From NCBI RefSeq assembly GCF_001457615.1, contig NZ_LN831024.1, positions 1,980,001 through 2,012,000 on the forward strand: 32,000 nucleotides of DNA. The letters run 5' to 3'. Position numbers and translations under genes: made by a program. This document shows, piece after piece, positions 10,405 to 19,498 of this stretch; the stretch's first letter is position 1; every line of letters begins with the position of its first letter. Below the pieces are notes generated by a model. It ran no database searches. It had not been told where the DNA came from and saw only the letters and a list, made by a program, of their open reading frames with translations. The DNA is from Pseudomonas aeruginosa (GTDB lineage: Bacteria > Pseudomonadota > Gammaproteobacteria > Pseudomonadales > Pseudomonadaceae).

Positions 10405-11262
10405 ATGAACGATGTTGTTCCGCCAGCGGCAGCCGAATCGGCTGCCGCTGGCGTTTCCAGAATCGCCCTCGGCATCGAGTACAAGGGCTCCCGCTATCGT
10501 GGCTGGCAGCGCCAGGAAGCCGGCGTGCCTTCCGTGCAGGAAGCGCTGGAGCGCGCCTTGTCGAAGGTTGCCGCCGAGCCGGTCGGGGTGATCTGCGCCG
10601 GCCGTACCGACGCTGCCGTTCATGCCAGCGGCCAGGTGGTGCATTTCGACACCGCGGTGGAGCGCCCGTTGAAAGCATGGGTGATGGGCACCAACGCCAA
10701 CCTGCCCGCGGATATCAGTGTGACCTGGGCGAGGGTGATGCCGGCGCATTTCCACGCGCGCTTCTCGGCCATGGCCCGGCGCTATCGCTACGCCATCTAC
10801 AACGATCCGATCCGCCCGGCGCACCTGGCCGAGGAGGTCACCTGGAACCATCGGCCGCTGGATATCGGGCGGATGCGCGAGGCGGCCCAGGTACTGGTCG
10901 GCACCCATGACTTCACCTCGTTCCGGGCGGTGCAGTGCCAGGCCAAGTCGCCGGTCAAGACCATGCATCACGTGCGCTTGCTGGAGCATGGTCGGTTGAT
11001 CGTGCTGGACATCCGCGGTAACGCTTTCCTTCACCATATGGTGCGCAACATCGCTGGCGTCCTGATGACCATCGGTGCCGGCGAGCGGCCGATCGAATGG
11101 GCGAAGGAGGTGCTCGAGGCGCGCGACCGGCGCGCCGGTGGGGTCACCGCTCACCCCTACGGACTCTATCTGGTGCGGGTGGAGTACCCCGGGGAGTTCG
11201 AGTTGCCCGAGCGCTACCTGGGGCCGCATTTCCTTTCCGGATTGCCCGATATCGTCGGCTGA
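10405..11262 (+). CDS. truA: tRNA pseudouridine(38-40) synthase
   Basis: 285 aa with the catalytic-Asp motif GRTDAAVHA and conserved RYRY and FLHHMVR blocks. Confidence 0.96.
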   Translation: MNDVVPPAAAESAAAGVSRIALGIEYKGSRYRGWQRQEAGVPSVQEALERALSKVAAEPVGVICAGRTDAAVHASGQVVHFDTAVERPLKAWVMGTNANLPADISVTWARVMPAHFHARFSAMARRYRYAIYNDPIRPAHLAEEVTWNHRPLDIGRMREAAQVLVGTHDFTSFRAVQCQAKSPVKTMHHVRLLEHGRLIVLDIRGNAFLHHMVRNIAGVLMTIGAGERPIEWAKEVLEARDRRAGGVTAHPYGLYLVRVEYPGEFELPERYLGPHFLSGLPDIVG

Positions 11263-11296
11263 CGTCGAATCGGGCTTTTGCTACCATCGAGAATTC

Positions 11297-11319
11297 CCGC
11301 CGGACCGGCCGTCCGGCGG
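11297..11319 (+). other. Intercistronic hairpin between truA and trpF
   Basis: 9-bp perfect stem CCGCCGGAC / GTCCGGCGG with loop CGGCC. Only a weak T content follows. Confidence 0.35.
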
Positions 11320-11351
11320 TTCGTCGCTCACTCGCCGAGGATTCTCCGTCG

Positions 11352-11987
11352 TTGCCAGCCGTTCGCATCAAGATCTGCGGTATCACCCGAGTCGAGGACG
11401 CCCTGGCCGCTGCCGCGGCGGGCGCCGATGCCATCGGCCTGGTGTTCTATGCGAAGAGCCCGCGGGCGGTGGATATCCATCGGGCGCGGGAGATCGTTCG
11501 TGCCCTGCCGCCGTTCGTGACCAGCGTCGGCCTGTTCGTCAACGCCAGCCGCTGCGAACTGGGCGAGATTCTCGATGCGGTGCCGCTGGACCTGCTGCAA
11601 TTCCATGGCGACGAGCGCGCCGAGGACTGCGAGGGACATCGGCGACCCTACCTGAAGGCCCTGCGGGTGAAGCCCGGCGACGACATCGTCGGGCGCGCGG
11701 CGGCATATCCGGGAGCTGCCGGGATTCTCCTGGATACCTATGTGGAAGGCGTGCCCGGCGGCACGGGGGCGGCGTTCGACTGGTCGCTGGTGCCGACCGA
11801 CCTGGGCAAACCCCTGGTGCTGGCCGGCGGTCTGACGCCGGATAACGTCGGCAGGGCAGTCGAGCAGGTCAAGCCCTACGCGGTGGACGTCAGCGGTGGC
11901 GTCGAGGCGAGCAAGGGAATCAAGGATGCGGCGAGGGTCCGCGCGTTCGTGGACGCGGTGCGTTCGCGGCGCCGCGACGAGACATGA
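11352..11987 (+). CDS. trpF: N-(5'-phosphoribosyl)anthranilate isomerase
   Basis: PRAI signature [10 protein letters not shown]...GADAIGLVF...VDVSGGVE. No in-frame ATG or GTG lies between the truA stop and the conserved core. The only start-type codon is TTG at 11352, with a GAGGA SD 10 nt upstream, giving 211 aa. The start is inferred. Confidence 0.85.
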   Translation: MPAVRIKICGITRVEDALAAAAAGADAIGLVFYAKSPRAVDIHRAREIVRALPPFVTSVGLFVNASRCELGEILDAVPLDLLQFHGDERAEDCEGHRRPYLKALRVKPGDDIVGRAAAYPGAAGILLDTYVEGVPGGTGAAFDWSLVPTDLGKPLVLAGGLTPDNVGRAVEQVKPYAVDVSGGVEASKGIKDAARVRAFVDAVRSRRRDET

Positions 11988-12135
11988 TGTGACGACGGGC
12001 GGCCCGCCGCCGTCCACTAGCGTGTCGCCGTTTCCGCGACAACGCCCGGCCGCCGATAGGGAGGCCAGATATTTCGCGATAGCCGCTCGCCGGGTATCGC
12101 CCAGGTGACCGCGCAGGCGGGGGATGGGACAGGCC

Positions 12136-12149
12136 GCGAAACGTTTCGC
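12136..12149. promoter_or_regulatory. Perfect 14-bp palindrome GCGAAACGTTTCGC upstream of accD (candidate operator)
   Basis: Read directly. The flanks add GGC/GCC after one mismatch. Lies 107 nt upstream of the accD ATG in a 268-nt spacer. Confidence 0.3.
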
Positions 12150-12255
12150 AGCCGTGGGGCCCACCGCTGCCGGCGGTCACGAAGATGAATTTGCTCAGGG
12201 ACGCCGTCACCGGATCGGTGCGGCCATCCCGACCTTGCACTGGAGAACAAAGAGC

Positions 12256-13128
12256 ATGAGCAACTGGCTGGTAGACAAGCTGATCCCTTCCATCATGCGT
12301 TCCGAGTCCCAGAAGAGTTCGGTACCGGAAGGCCTGTGGCACAAATGCCCGTCCTGCGAAGCCGTGCTGTACCGTCCGGAGCTGGAAAAGACCCTGGATG
12401 TCTGCCCGAAGTGCGATCACCACATGCGCATCAACGCGCGTACCCGCCTGGACATCTTCCTCGATGAGGACGGTCGCGAGGAGCTGGGTGCCGACCTCGA
12501 GCCGGTGGACCGCCTGAAATTCCGCGACAGCAAGAAGTACAAGGATCGCCTCGCCGCGGCACAGAAGGACACTGGCGAGAAGGACGCGCTGATCGCCATG
12601 AGCGGCAAGCTGCAGGGCATGCCGGTGGTCGCCTGCGCCTTCGAGTTCTCCTTCATGGGCGGTTCGATGGGCGCCATCGTCGGCGAGCGCTTCGTTCGCG
12701 CAGCCAACGTCGCCCTGGAGAAGCGCTGCCCGCTGATCTGCTTCTCCGCCTCCGGCGGCGCGCGCATGCAGGAAGCGCTGATCTCGCTGATGCAGATGGC
12801 CAAGACCTCGGCGGTCCTGGCGCGCCTGCGCGAAGAAGGCATCCCGTTCGTCTCGGTATTGACCGACCCGGTCTACGGCGGCGTTTCCGCCAGCCTGGCG
12901 ATGCTCGGCGACGTGATCGTCGGCGAACCCAAAGCGCTGATCGGCTTCGCCGGTCCCCGCGTGATCGAGCAGACCGTCCGCGAGAAGCTGCCGGAAGGCT
13001 TCCAGCGTAGCGAGTTCCTCCTCGAGCATGGCGCCATCGACATGATCGTGCATCGTGCCGAGTTGCGGCCGCGCCTGGCCAATCTGCTGTCGGCCTTCAC
13101 TCATTCGCCGAGCCCCGTATCCGCATGA
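12256..13128 (+). CDS. accD: Acetyl-CoA carboxylase carboxyltransferase beta subunit
   Basis: 290 aa from the internal ATG at 12256 (MSNWLVDKL). N-terminal zinc ribbon CPSC-X15-CPKC and a carboxyltransferase domain (FSFMGGSMG). Confidence 0.96.
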   Translation: MSNWLVDKLIPSIMRSESQKSSVPEGLWHKCPSCEAVLYRPELEKTLDVCPKCDHHMRINARTRLDIFLDEDGREELGADLEPVDRLKFRDSKKYKDRLAAAQKDTGEKDALIAMSGKLQGMPVVACAFEFSFMGGSMGAIVGERFVRAANVALEKRCPLICFSASGGARMQEALISLMQMAKTSAVLARLREEGIPFVSVLTDPVYGGVSASLAMLGDVIVGEPKALIGFAGPRVIEQTVREKLPEGFQRSEFLLEHGAIDMIVHRAELRPRLANLLSAFTHSPSPVSA

Positions 13129-14414
13129 CCCAGCGTTCCCTGGCCGATTGGCTGAGCTATCTCGAACAACTCCATCCGACGGCCATCGACATGGGCCTGG
13201 AGCGTTCCCGCGAGGTAGCGCGCCGGCTCGGCCTGGGAAGGCCGGCGAAACGCGTGGTCACCGTTACCGGGACCAACGGCAAGGGCTCCACCTGCGCCCT
13301 GCTCGCCGAACTGCTGCGTGAGCAGGGGTTGTCGGTCGGGGTCTACAGCTCGCCGCACCTGCTGCGCTACAACGAGCGGGTGCGGATCGACGGCATCGAG
13401 GCCGGCGATGCGCAACTGTGCGACGCCTTCTCCGCGGTGGAGGCCGCACGTGGCGAGATTTCCCTGACCTATTTCGAAATGGGCACGCTGGCCGCCTTCT
13501 GGCTGTTCGAGCGCGCCGGGCTGGACTTCGCGGTGCTGGAAGTCGGCCTTGGCGGGCGCCTGGATGCGGTCAACCTGATCGACGCCGACCTGGCGCTGAT
13601 CACCAGCATCGGCCTGGACCATGCGGACTGGCTGGGCGATACCCGCGAAAGCGTGGCTTTCGAGAAAGCCGGTATCCTGCGCGCCGGCAAACCGGCCCTG
13701 TGCGGCGATCTCGATCCCCCGCAGCCATTGCTGGAGCAGGTGGCTGCGCTGGGGGCACCGCTTTACCTGCGCGGTCGCGACTACGACCTGGCGCTCGCCG
13801 ATCATGGCTGGCACTGGCGCGGGCTGGCCGCGGACGGCCAGGCGCTGGCGCTGCACGATCTGCCGTTGCTCGGGTTGCCCATGGAAAACGCCGCGCTGGC
13901 CCTGCAGGCCTACGCGTTGCTCGAGTTGCCCTGGCAGGCGGAGCGCCTGGCCGAGGCGCTGCGGCGGGCCCGGGTGACCGGTCGCCTCGATCGCCGCGAC
14001 CTGTCCTGGAACGGCCAGCCACGCCAGCTCCTGCTGGACGTCGGGCACAATCCCCAGGCCGCCCAGTACCTGGCGCAACGCCTGCGTGCCGCAGCGCCAC
14101 GAGGACGCTACCTGGCGGTCTTCGGCCTGCTGGCGGACAAAGACCTGGATGGCGTACTGGAACCCTTGACCGGCTTGGTGCAGGATTGGGCCGTTGCACC
14201 GTTGCCGACTCCGCGTTCGCGGCCGGCCGCGGAGCTGGAGGCGGCGCTGATCCTGCGCCAGGTTCCGGCGAGCAGTCATGCGGATATCGCCGCCGCCCTG
14301 GACGCGCAGTGCGCCAAGGCTACCGCGGATGATGTCATTCTGCTGTTCGGATCGTTCTATAGCGTGGCCGAAGGCCTGGAATGGCTGGCCCGTAGAACGG
14401 ATAAGGGGGAGTAA
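13125..14414 (+). CDS. folC: Bifunctional folylpolyglutamate synthase / dihydrofolate synthase
   Basis: 429 aa of the Mur-ligase family with P-loop [12 protein letters not shown] overlap with the accD stop. Confidence 0.95.
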   Translation: MTQRSLADWLSYLEQLHPTAIDMGLERSREVARRLGLGRPAKRVVTVTGTNGKGSTCALLAELLREQGLSVGVYSSPHLLRYNERVRIDGIEAGDAQLCDAFSAVEAARGEISLTYFEMGTLAAFWLFERAGLDFAVLEVGLGGRLDAVNLIDADLALITSIGLDHADWLGDTRESVAFEKAGILRAGKPALCGDLDPPQPLLEQVAALGAPLYLRGRDYDLALADHGWHWRGLAADGQALALHDLPLLGLPMENAALALQAYALLELPWQAERLAEALRRARVTGRLDRRDLSWNGQPRQLLLDVGHNPQAAQYLAQRLRAAAPRGRYLAVFGLLADKDLDGVLEPLTGLVQDWAVAPLPTPRSRPAAELEAALILRQVPASSHADIAAALDAQCAKATADDVILLFGSFYSVAEGLEWLARRTDKGE

Positions 14415-14417
14415 ATC

Positions 14418-15077
14418 ATGGCCTTGCTGGAAAGAGGGCTGAAGCAGCGCATCGTCGGGGCGTTGGTGCTGATCGCCCTGGCGGTGATCTTCCTGCCGAT
14501 GCTGTTCACCCGCGAAGACGAGTCGCGCCAGGTCGTGGTGGAAGCGCCGCCGCGCCCGCAATCGCCGGCCATGCCCAGTGTCGAGGTGCAGCCGACCGAG
14601 GTGCCGGAACTGCAGCCCGGCGAGGAAGGCATCGCTCCCGAGATCGTCGAGGAAGGCTCCCCGGCCGCCGCCGGCCAGCCCAGCCAGCCGATCGGCGGCC
14701 TGCCGGCGACCCCGCCGGCCACCCAGCCGCCCGCCCAGGCCCAGGCGCCGGCCGCCAGCCTGCCGCCAAGCCAGCCGCAACCGCCCGCTGCGCCGCCGAG
14801 CCCGCCGCCCGCGGAGAAGCGCCTGGACGCCAACAACCTGCCGCAGAGCTGGTCGGTACAGCTTGCCAGCCTGTCCAACCGGGCGCGCGCCGAGGAATTG
14901 CAGAAGACCCTGCGCTCCCAGGGCTACAACGCCTACATCCGCAGCTTCGACGGGATGAACCGGGTCTTCGTCGGGCCGGTGATCCAGCGCGCCGAGGCGG
15001 ATCGCCTGCGCGACCAGTTGAGCAAGCAGCAGAAGCTCAACGGCTTCGTCGTGCGCTTCCAGCCGGAACGCGGTTGA
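14418..15077 (+). CDS. SPOR-domain cell-division protein (DedD-like)
   Basis: 219 aa with an N-terminal TM segment (IVGALVLIALAVIFLPMLF), a Pro/Ala/Gln-rich linker and a C-terminal SPOR domain (WSVQLASLSNRARAEELQKTLRSQGYNAYI...). Same position as E. coli dedD between folC and cvpA. Confidence 0.85.
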   Translation: MALLERGLKQRIVGALVLIALAVIFLPMLFTREDESRQVVVEAPPRPQSPAMPSVEVQPTEVPELQPGEEGIAPEIVEEGSPAAAGQPSQPIGGLPATPPATQPPAQAQAPAASLPPSQPQPPAAPPSPPPAEKRLDANNLPQSWSVQLASLSNRARAEELQKTLRSQGYNAYIRSFDGMNRVFVGPVIQRAEADRLRDQLSKQQKLNGFVVRFQPERG

Positions 15078-15091
15078 CCGCGACCCGCGGC

Positions 15092-15120
15092 TTACCGTCG
15101 CGGGCGCGCTCTGCTAAAAT
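15092..15120 (+). promoter_or_regulatory. Putative promoter for cvpA (TTACCG-N17-TAAAAT with extended -10 TGc)
   Basis: TGCTAAAAT read at 15112-15120. The -35 is weak. Located 30 nt upstream of the cvpA start. Confidence 0.35.
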
Positions 15121-15150
15121 GCAGCGCCTTTTCTGCTTGTGGGCTGCATA

Positions 15151-15693
15151 GTGGCATTTACCTGGGTCGATTGGACGATGGTCGCCATCATCGTCGTTTC
15201 CAGCCTGATCAGTCTGAGTCGCGGCTTCGTCAAGGAAGCCTTGTCCCTGCTTACCTGGATAGTCGCCGGCGCGGTGGCCTGGATGTTCGGCGGGGCGCTG
15301 GCGCAGCACCTGGGCGAGTACATCCAGACCCCCTCGGCCCGCATCATCGCAGCCTGCGCGCTGCTGTTCATCGCGACCCTGCTGCTCGGGGCGCTGGTCA
15401 ACTACCTCATCGGCGAACTGATCCGGGTCACCGGCCTCTCCGGCACCGACCGCTTCCTCGGCATGGTCTTCGGCGGTGCGCGCGGCGTACTGCTGGTCGT
15501 GCTGCTGGTCGGCCTGCTCAGCCTGGCCCCGGTACAGCAGGACCCTTGGTGGCAGCAGTCGGTGCTGATGCCGCATTTCCTGATGGTTGCCGACTGGTCG
15601 AAGAACTTCATTCTCGGTTTCGCCGGCCAGTGGTTGCCGGCCGCGCCGATAACGCCGCCGAGCGGCATCGGCGGGCTGCTTCCCAGCCAGTGA
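15151..15693 (+). CDS. cvpA: Colicin V production / CvpA-family inner-membrane protein
   Basis: Multi-TM protein whose N-terminus aligns to my recollection of E. coli CvpA (..SSLISLSRGFVKEALSLLTW). The GTG at 15151 gives 180 aa. The track ORF starts at an upstream GTG (15139), so the start is ambiguous. Confidence 0.85.
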   Translation: MAFTWVDWTMVAIIVVSSLISLSRGFVKEALSLLTWIVAGAVAWMFGGALAQHLGEYIQTPSARIIAACALLFIATLLLGALVNYLIGELIRVTGLSGTDRFLGMVFGGARGVLLVVLLVGLLSLAPVQQDPWWQQSVLMPHFLMVADWSKNFILGFAGQWLPAAPITPPSGIGGLLPSQ

Positions 15694-15698
15694 TTTTG

Positions 15699-15733
15699 GC
15701 GGGACACTGGCCGAGGCCGGGTCCCGCGGTTTT
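15699..15733 (+). terminator. Terminator/attenuator-like hairpin just after cvpA
   Basis: Stem GCGGGAC / GTCCCGC with inner GGCC/GGCC pairing, followed by GGTTTT. Begins 6 nt after the cvpA stop. Confidence 0.4.
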
Positions 15734-15914
15734 CCAGGGCGGCGCGTCGATGGCGCGGCGCCGGCGGCACAGGACGTGCCGCGAGCCAGTCGGCGGCGAA
15801 GGTCGCCGATTCGCGGGAGCCAGCGGCCCACAGGCCCTGGTCAGCTCGATGGTCCGGGACGGACCGATCGCGCTTCCCATCTTTCCAGCTTGAGCCAAGT
15901 AGGGGTTGCGTCAC

Positions 15915-17420
15915 ATGTGTGGCATCGTCGGTATCGTGGGCAAGTCGAACGTCAATCAGGCGCTGTATGACGCGCTCACCGTCCTCCAACATCGCGGCCA
16001 GGACGCTGCCGGTATCGTCACCTGCCATGACGATAAGCTGTACCTGCGCAAGGACAACGGCCTGGTCCGCGACGTCTTCCAGCAGCGCCACATGCAGCGC
16101 CTGATCGGCAGCGTCGGCATCGGCCATGTGCGTTACCCGACCGCCGGCAGCTCCAGCTCGGCGGAAGCGCAGCCGTTCTACGTCAACTCGCCCTACGGCA
16201 TCACCCTGGCGCACAACGGCAACCTGACCAATGTCGAGCAGTTGGCCAAGGAAATCTACGAATCCGACCTGCGCCACGTGAACACCAACTCCGATTCGGA
16301 AGTGCTGCTCAACGTGTTCGCCCACGAGCTGGCGGTGCGCAACAAGCTGCAGCCCACCGAGGAGGACATCTTCGCCGCGGTTTCCTGCGTGCACGACCGT
16401 TGCGTCGGCGGCTACGCGGTGGTGGCGATGATCACCGGCCATGGCATCGTCGGTTTCCGCGACCCCAATGCGATCCGTCCGATCGTCTTCGGCCAGCGGC
16501 ATACCGAGAACGGCGTCGAATACATGATCGCCTCCGAGAGCGTGGCCCTGGACGTACTCGGCTTCACCCTGATCCGCGACCTGGCGCCGGGCGAGGCGGT
16601 GTACATCACCGAGGAAGGCAAGCTCTATACCCGCCAGTGCGCCAAGGCACCGAAGTACGCGCCGTGCATCTTCGAGCACGTCTACCTGGCGCGTCCGGAT
16701 TCGATCATGGACGGCATCTCGGTGTACAAGGCGCGCCTGCGCATGGGCGAGAAGCTTGCCGACAAGATCCTCCGCGAGCGTCCCGACCACGACATCGACG
16801 TGGTCATCCCGATCCCGGACACCAGCCGCACCGCGGCGCTGGAACTGGCCAACCGGCTCGGCGTGAAGTTCCGCGAGGGCTTCGTCAAGAACCGCTACAT
16901 CGGCCGCACCTTCATCATGCCCGGCCAGGCGGCGCGGAAGAAATCCGTGCGGCAGAAGCTCAACGCCATCGAGCTGGAGTTCCGCGGCAAGAACGTGATG
17001 CTGGTGGATGACTCCATCGTCCGCGGCACCACCTGCAAGCAGATCATCCAGATGGCCCGCGAGGCCGGGGCGAAGAACGTCTACTTCTGCTCCGCCGCGC
17101 CGGCCGTGCGCTACCCCAACGTCTACGGCATCGACATGCCGAGTGCGCACGAGCTGATCGCGCACAATCGCAGCACCGAGGACGTCAGCAAGCTGATCGG
17201 CGCCGACTGGCTGGTCTACCAGGACCTGCCCGACCTGATCGACGCGGTCGGCGGCGGCAAGATCAAGATCGATCACTTCGACTGCGCCGTGTTCGACGGC
17301 GAGTACGTGACCGGCGACGTCAACGAGGCTTACCTGAACCGGATCGAACAGGCGCGCAACGATGCGACCAAGGCCAAGAGCCAGGCGGTCAGCGCGATCA
17401 TCGATCTGTACAACGACTGA
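15915..17420 (+). CDS. purF: Amidophosphoribosyltransferase
   Basis: 501 aa from the ATG at 15915 so that the Ntn catalytic Cys is residue 2 (MCGIVGIVG). PRPP-binding loop [13 protein letters not shown]. Confidence 0.97.
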
Positions 17421-17436
17421 CAAAGGGGAGAGCGGC

Positions 17437-18648
17437 ATGACTCAGGACTGGGATGCCGGGCGTCTCGACAGCGACCTGGAAGGCGCGGCCTTCGACACCC
17501 TGGCGGTTCGCGCCGGGCAACGGCGGACGCCGGAGGGCGAGCACGGCGAGGCGCTGTTCACCACTTCCAGCTACGTCTTCCGCACCGCCGCCGACGCGGC
17601 CGCGCGGTTCGCCGGCGAAGTGCCGGGCAACGTCTATTCGCGCTACACCAACCCCACGGTACGCACCTTCGAGGAGCGCATCGCCGCCCTCGAAGGAGCC
17701 GAGCAGGCGGTGGCCACGGCGTCGGGCATGTCGGCGATCCTCGCCCTGGTGATGAGCCTGTGCAGCTCCGGCGACCACGTGCTGGTCTCGCGCAGCGTGT
17801 TCGGCTCGACCATCAGCCTGTTCGACAAGTACTTCAAGCGCTTCGGTATCCAGGTCGACTATCCGCCGTTGAGCGATCTCGCGGCCTGGGAGGCGGCGTG
17901 CAAGCCGAATACCAAGCTGTTCTTCGTCGAGTCGCCATCCAACCCGCTGGCCGAGCTGGTGGATATCGCCGCGCTGGCCGAGATCGCCCACGCCAAGGGT
18001 GCGCTGCTGGCGGTGGACAACTGCTTCTGCACGCCGGCCCTGCAACAGCCGCTGAAGCTCGGTGCGGACGTGGTGATCCACTCCGCGACCAAGTACATCG
18101 ACGGCCAGGGCCGGGGCATGGGCGGGGTGGTCGCCGGTCGCGGCGAGCAGATGAAGGAAGTGGTCGGCTTCCTCCGCACCGCCGGACCGACCCTCAGCCC
18201 GTTCAACGCCTGGCTGTTCCTCAAGGGCCTGGAAACCCTGCGTATCCGCATGCAGGCGCACAGCGCCAGTGCCCTGGCCCTGGCCGAATGGCTGGAGCGC
18301 CAGCCGGGCATCGAGCGGGTCTACTACGCGGGCCTGCCGAGCCATCCTCAGCATGAGTTGGCCCGGCGCCAGCAGAGCGGCTTCGGCGCGGTCGTCAGCT
18401 TCGACGTGAAGGGCGGGCGCGATGCCGCCTGGCGCTTCATCGACGCTACCCGGATGGTCTCGATCACCACCAACCTGGGCGACACCAAGACCACCATCGC
18501 CCACCCGGCGACCACCTCCCACGGTCGACTGTCCCCCGAGGACCGCGCGCGCGCCGGGATCGGCGACAGCCTGATCCGGGTCGCGGTCGGCCTGGAAGAC
18601 CTCGACGACCTCAAGGCCGACATGGCTCGGGGGCTGGCTGCGCTGTGA
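17437..18648 (+). CDS. metZ: O-succinylhomoserine sulfhydrylase
   Basis: 403 aa from the ATG at 17437 (GGGGAG SD upstream). Cys/Met-metabolism PLP enzyme family with the PLP-lysine motif [10 protein letters not shown]. Confidence 0.95.
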   Translation: MTQDWDAGRLDSDLEGAAFDTLAVRAGQRRTPEGEHGEALFTTSSYVFRTAADAAARFAGEVPGNVYSRYTNPTVRTFEERIAALEGAEQAVATASGMSAILALVMSLCSSGDHVLVSRSVFGSTISLFDKYFKRFGIQVDYPPLSDLAAWEAACKPNTKLFFVESPSNPLAELVDIAALAEIAHAKGALLAVDNCFCTPALQQPLKLGADVVIHSATKYIDGQGRGMGGVVAGRGEQMKEVVGFLRTAGPTLSPFNAWLFLKGLETLRIRMQAHSASALALAEWLERQPGIERVYYAGLPSHPQHELARRQQSGFGAVVSFDVKGGRDAAWRFIDATRMVSITTNLGDTKTTIAHPATTSHGRLSPEDRARAGIGDSLIRVAVGLEDLDDLKADMARGLAAL

Positions 18649-19412
18649 TCGAACCCAACCTGCGAGGCAACGGCAGGGTCGCCCTGGTCACCGGGGCGGC
18701 CCGGGGCATTGGCCTGGGCATCAGTGCCTGGCTGATCGCCGAGGGCTGGCAGGTAGTGCTTGCCGACAACGACCGTGAACGCGGGGCCAGGGTGGCCGAG
18801 GCGCTGGGCGAGCACGCCTGGTTCGTGGCCATGGACGTGGCCCAGGAGGGCCAGGTGGCGATGAGCGTGGCCGAGGTGCTCGGTCAGTTCGGCCGCCTCG
18901 ACGGCCTGGTCTGCAACGCCGCCATCGCCAATCCGCGCAATACGCCGCTGGAGGCGCTGAGTCTCGGCGAGTGGACCCGGACCCTGGCGGTCAACCTGAC
19001 CGGTCCGATGCTGCTGGCCAAGTACTGCACGCCTTATCTGCGCGCGCACAATGGCGCCATCGTCAACATCGCCTCGACTCGTGCCCACCAGTCGGAGCCT
19101 GACTCCGAGGCCTACGCCGCGAGCAAGGGCGGGTTGCTGGCGCTGACCCATGCCCTGGCCGCCAGCCTGGGCCCGGATATCCGTGTCAATGCGCTCAGCC
19201 CCGGCTGGATCGATACCCGCGAGGCCGCCGAGCGCGAGGCTGCGCCGCTGACCGAGCTGGACCACGACCAGCACCTGGTCGGCCGGGTCGGAACGGTGGA
19301 GGATGTCGCGTCGCTGGTGGCTTGGCTGCTCTCCGAGGACGCCGGTTTCGTCACCGGCCAGGAATTCCTGGTCGATGGCGGCATGACCCGGAAAATGATC
19401 TACCTCGACTGA
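18645..19412 (+). CDS. Short-chain dehydrogenase/reductase (SDR), substrate unknown
   Basis: 255 aa with cofactor motif [14 protein letters not shown], and catalytic S...YAASK. GTG start overlapping the metZ stop (GTGA). Confidence 0.9.
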   Translation: MIEPNLRGNGRVALVTGAARGIGLGISAWLIAEGWQVVLADNDRERGARVAEALGEHAWFVAMDVAQEGQVAMSVAEVLGQFGRLDGLVCNAAIANPRNTPLEALSLGEWTRTLAVNLTGPMLLAKYCTPYLRAHNGAIVNIASTRAHQSEPDSEAYAASKGGLLALTHALAASLGPDIRVNALSPGWIDTREAAEREAAPLTELDHDQHLVGRVGTVEDVASLVAWLLSEDAGFVTGQEFLVDGGMTRKMIYLD

Positions 19413-19430
19413 TTTGGTGGGGAGATGCGG

Positions 19431-19467
19431 AAAAGGCGCTGTTCCGAAAGGAGCAGCGCCTTTTTTT
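19431..19467. terminator. Bidirectional rho-independent terminator between convergent SDR gene and xcpQ
   Basis: AAAA-GGCGCTGTTCC-GAAA-GGAGCAGCGCC-TTTTTTT. An 11-bp stem with one mismatch, a GAAA loop, and A-run/T-run flanks usable on both strands. Confidence 0.7.
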
Positions 19468-19498
19468 CGTATGAGGCCGCCTTGCCGGTATGGCGCCG

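Noticed and set aside
7603-11229. 1208-aa minus-strand ORF spanning all of fimV and most of truA, the longest ORF in the window.
   Set aside because: It lies antisense to two genes with unmistakable conserved domains (LysM/TPR FimV, TruA catalytic motifs). Its translation is Arg/Gly/Ala/Leu-rich low-complexity sequence with no recognisable motif. Stop-free antisense frames are expected at this GC content with GC3-biased codons.
15694-15914. Possible purine/ZTP/PRPP-type riboswitch in front of purF.
   Set aside because: I could not recognise any conserved riboswitch core by eye. Only generic GC hairpins are present. It is kept as a low-interest spacer finding pending a covariance-model scan.
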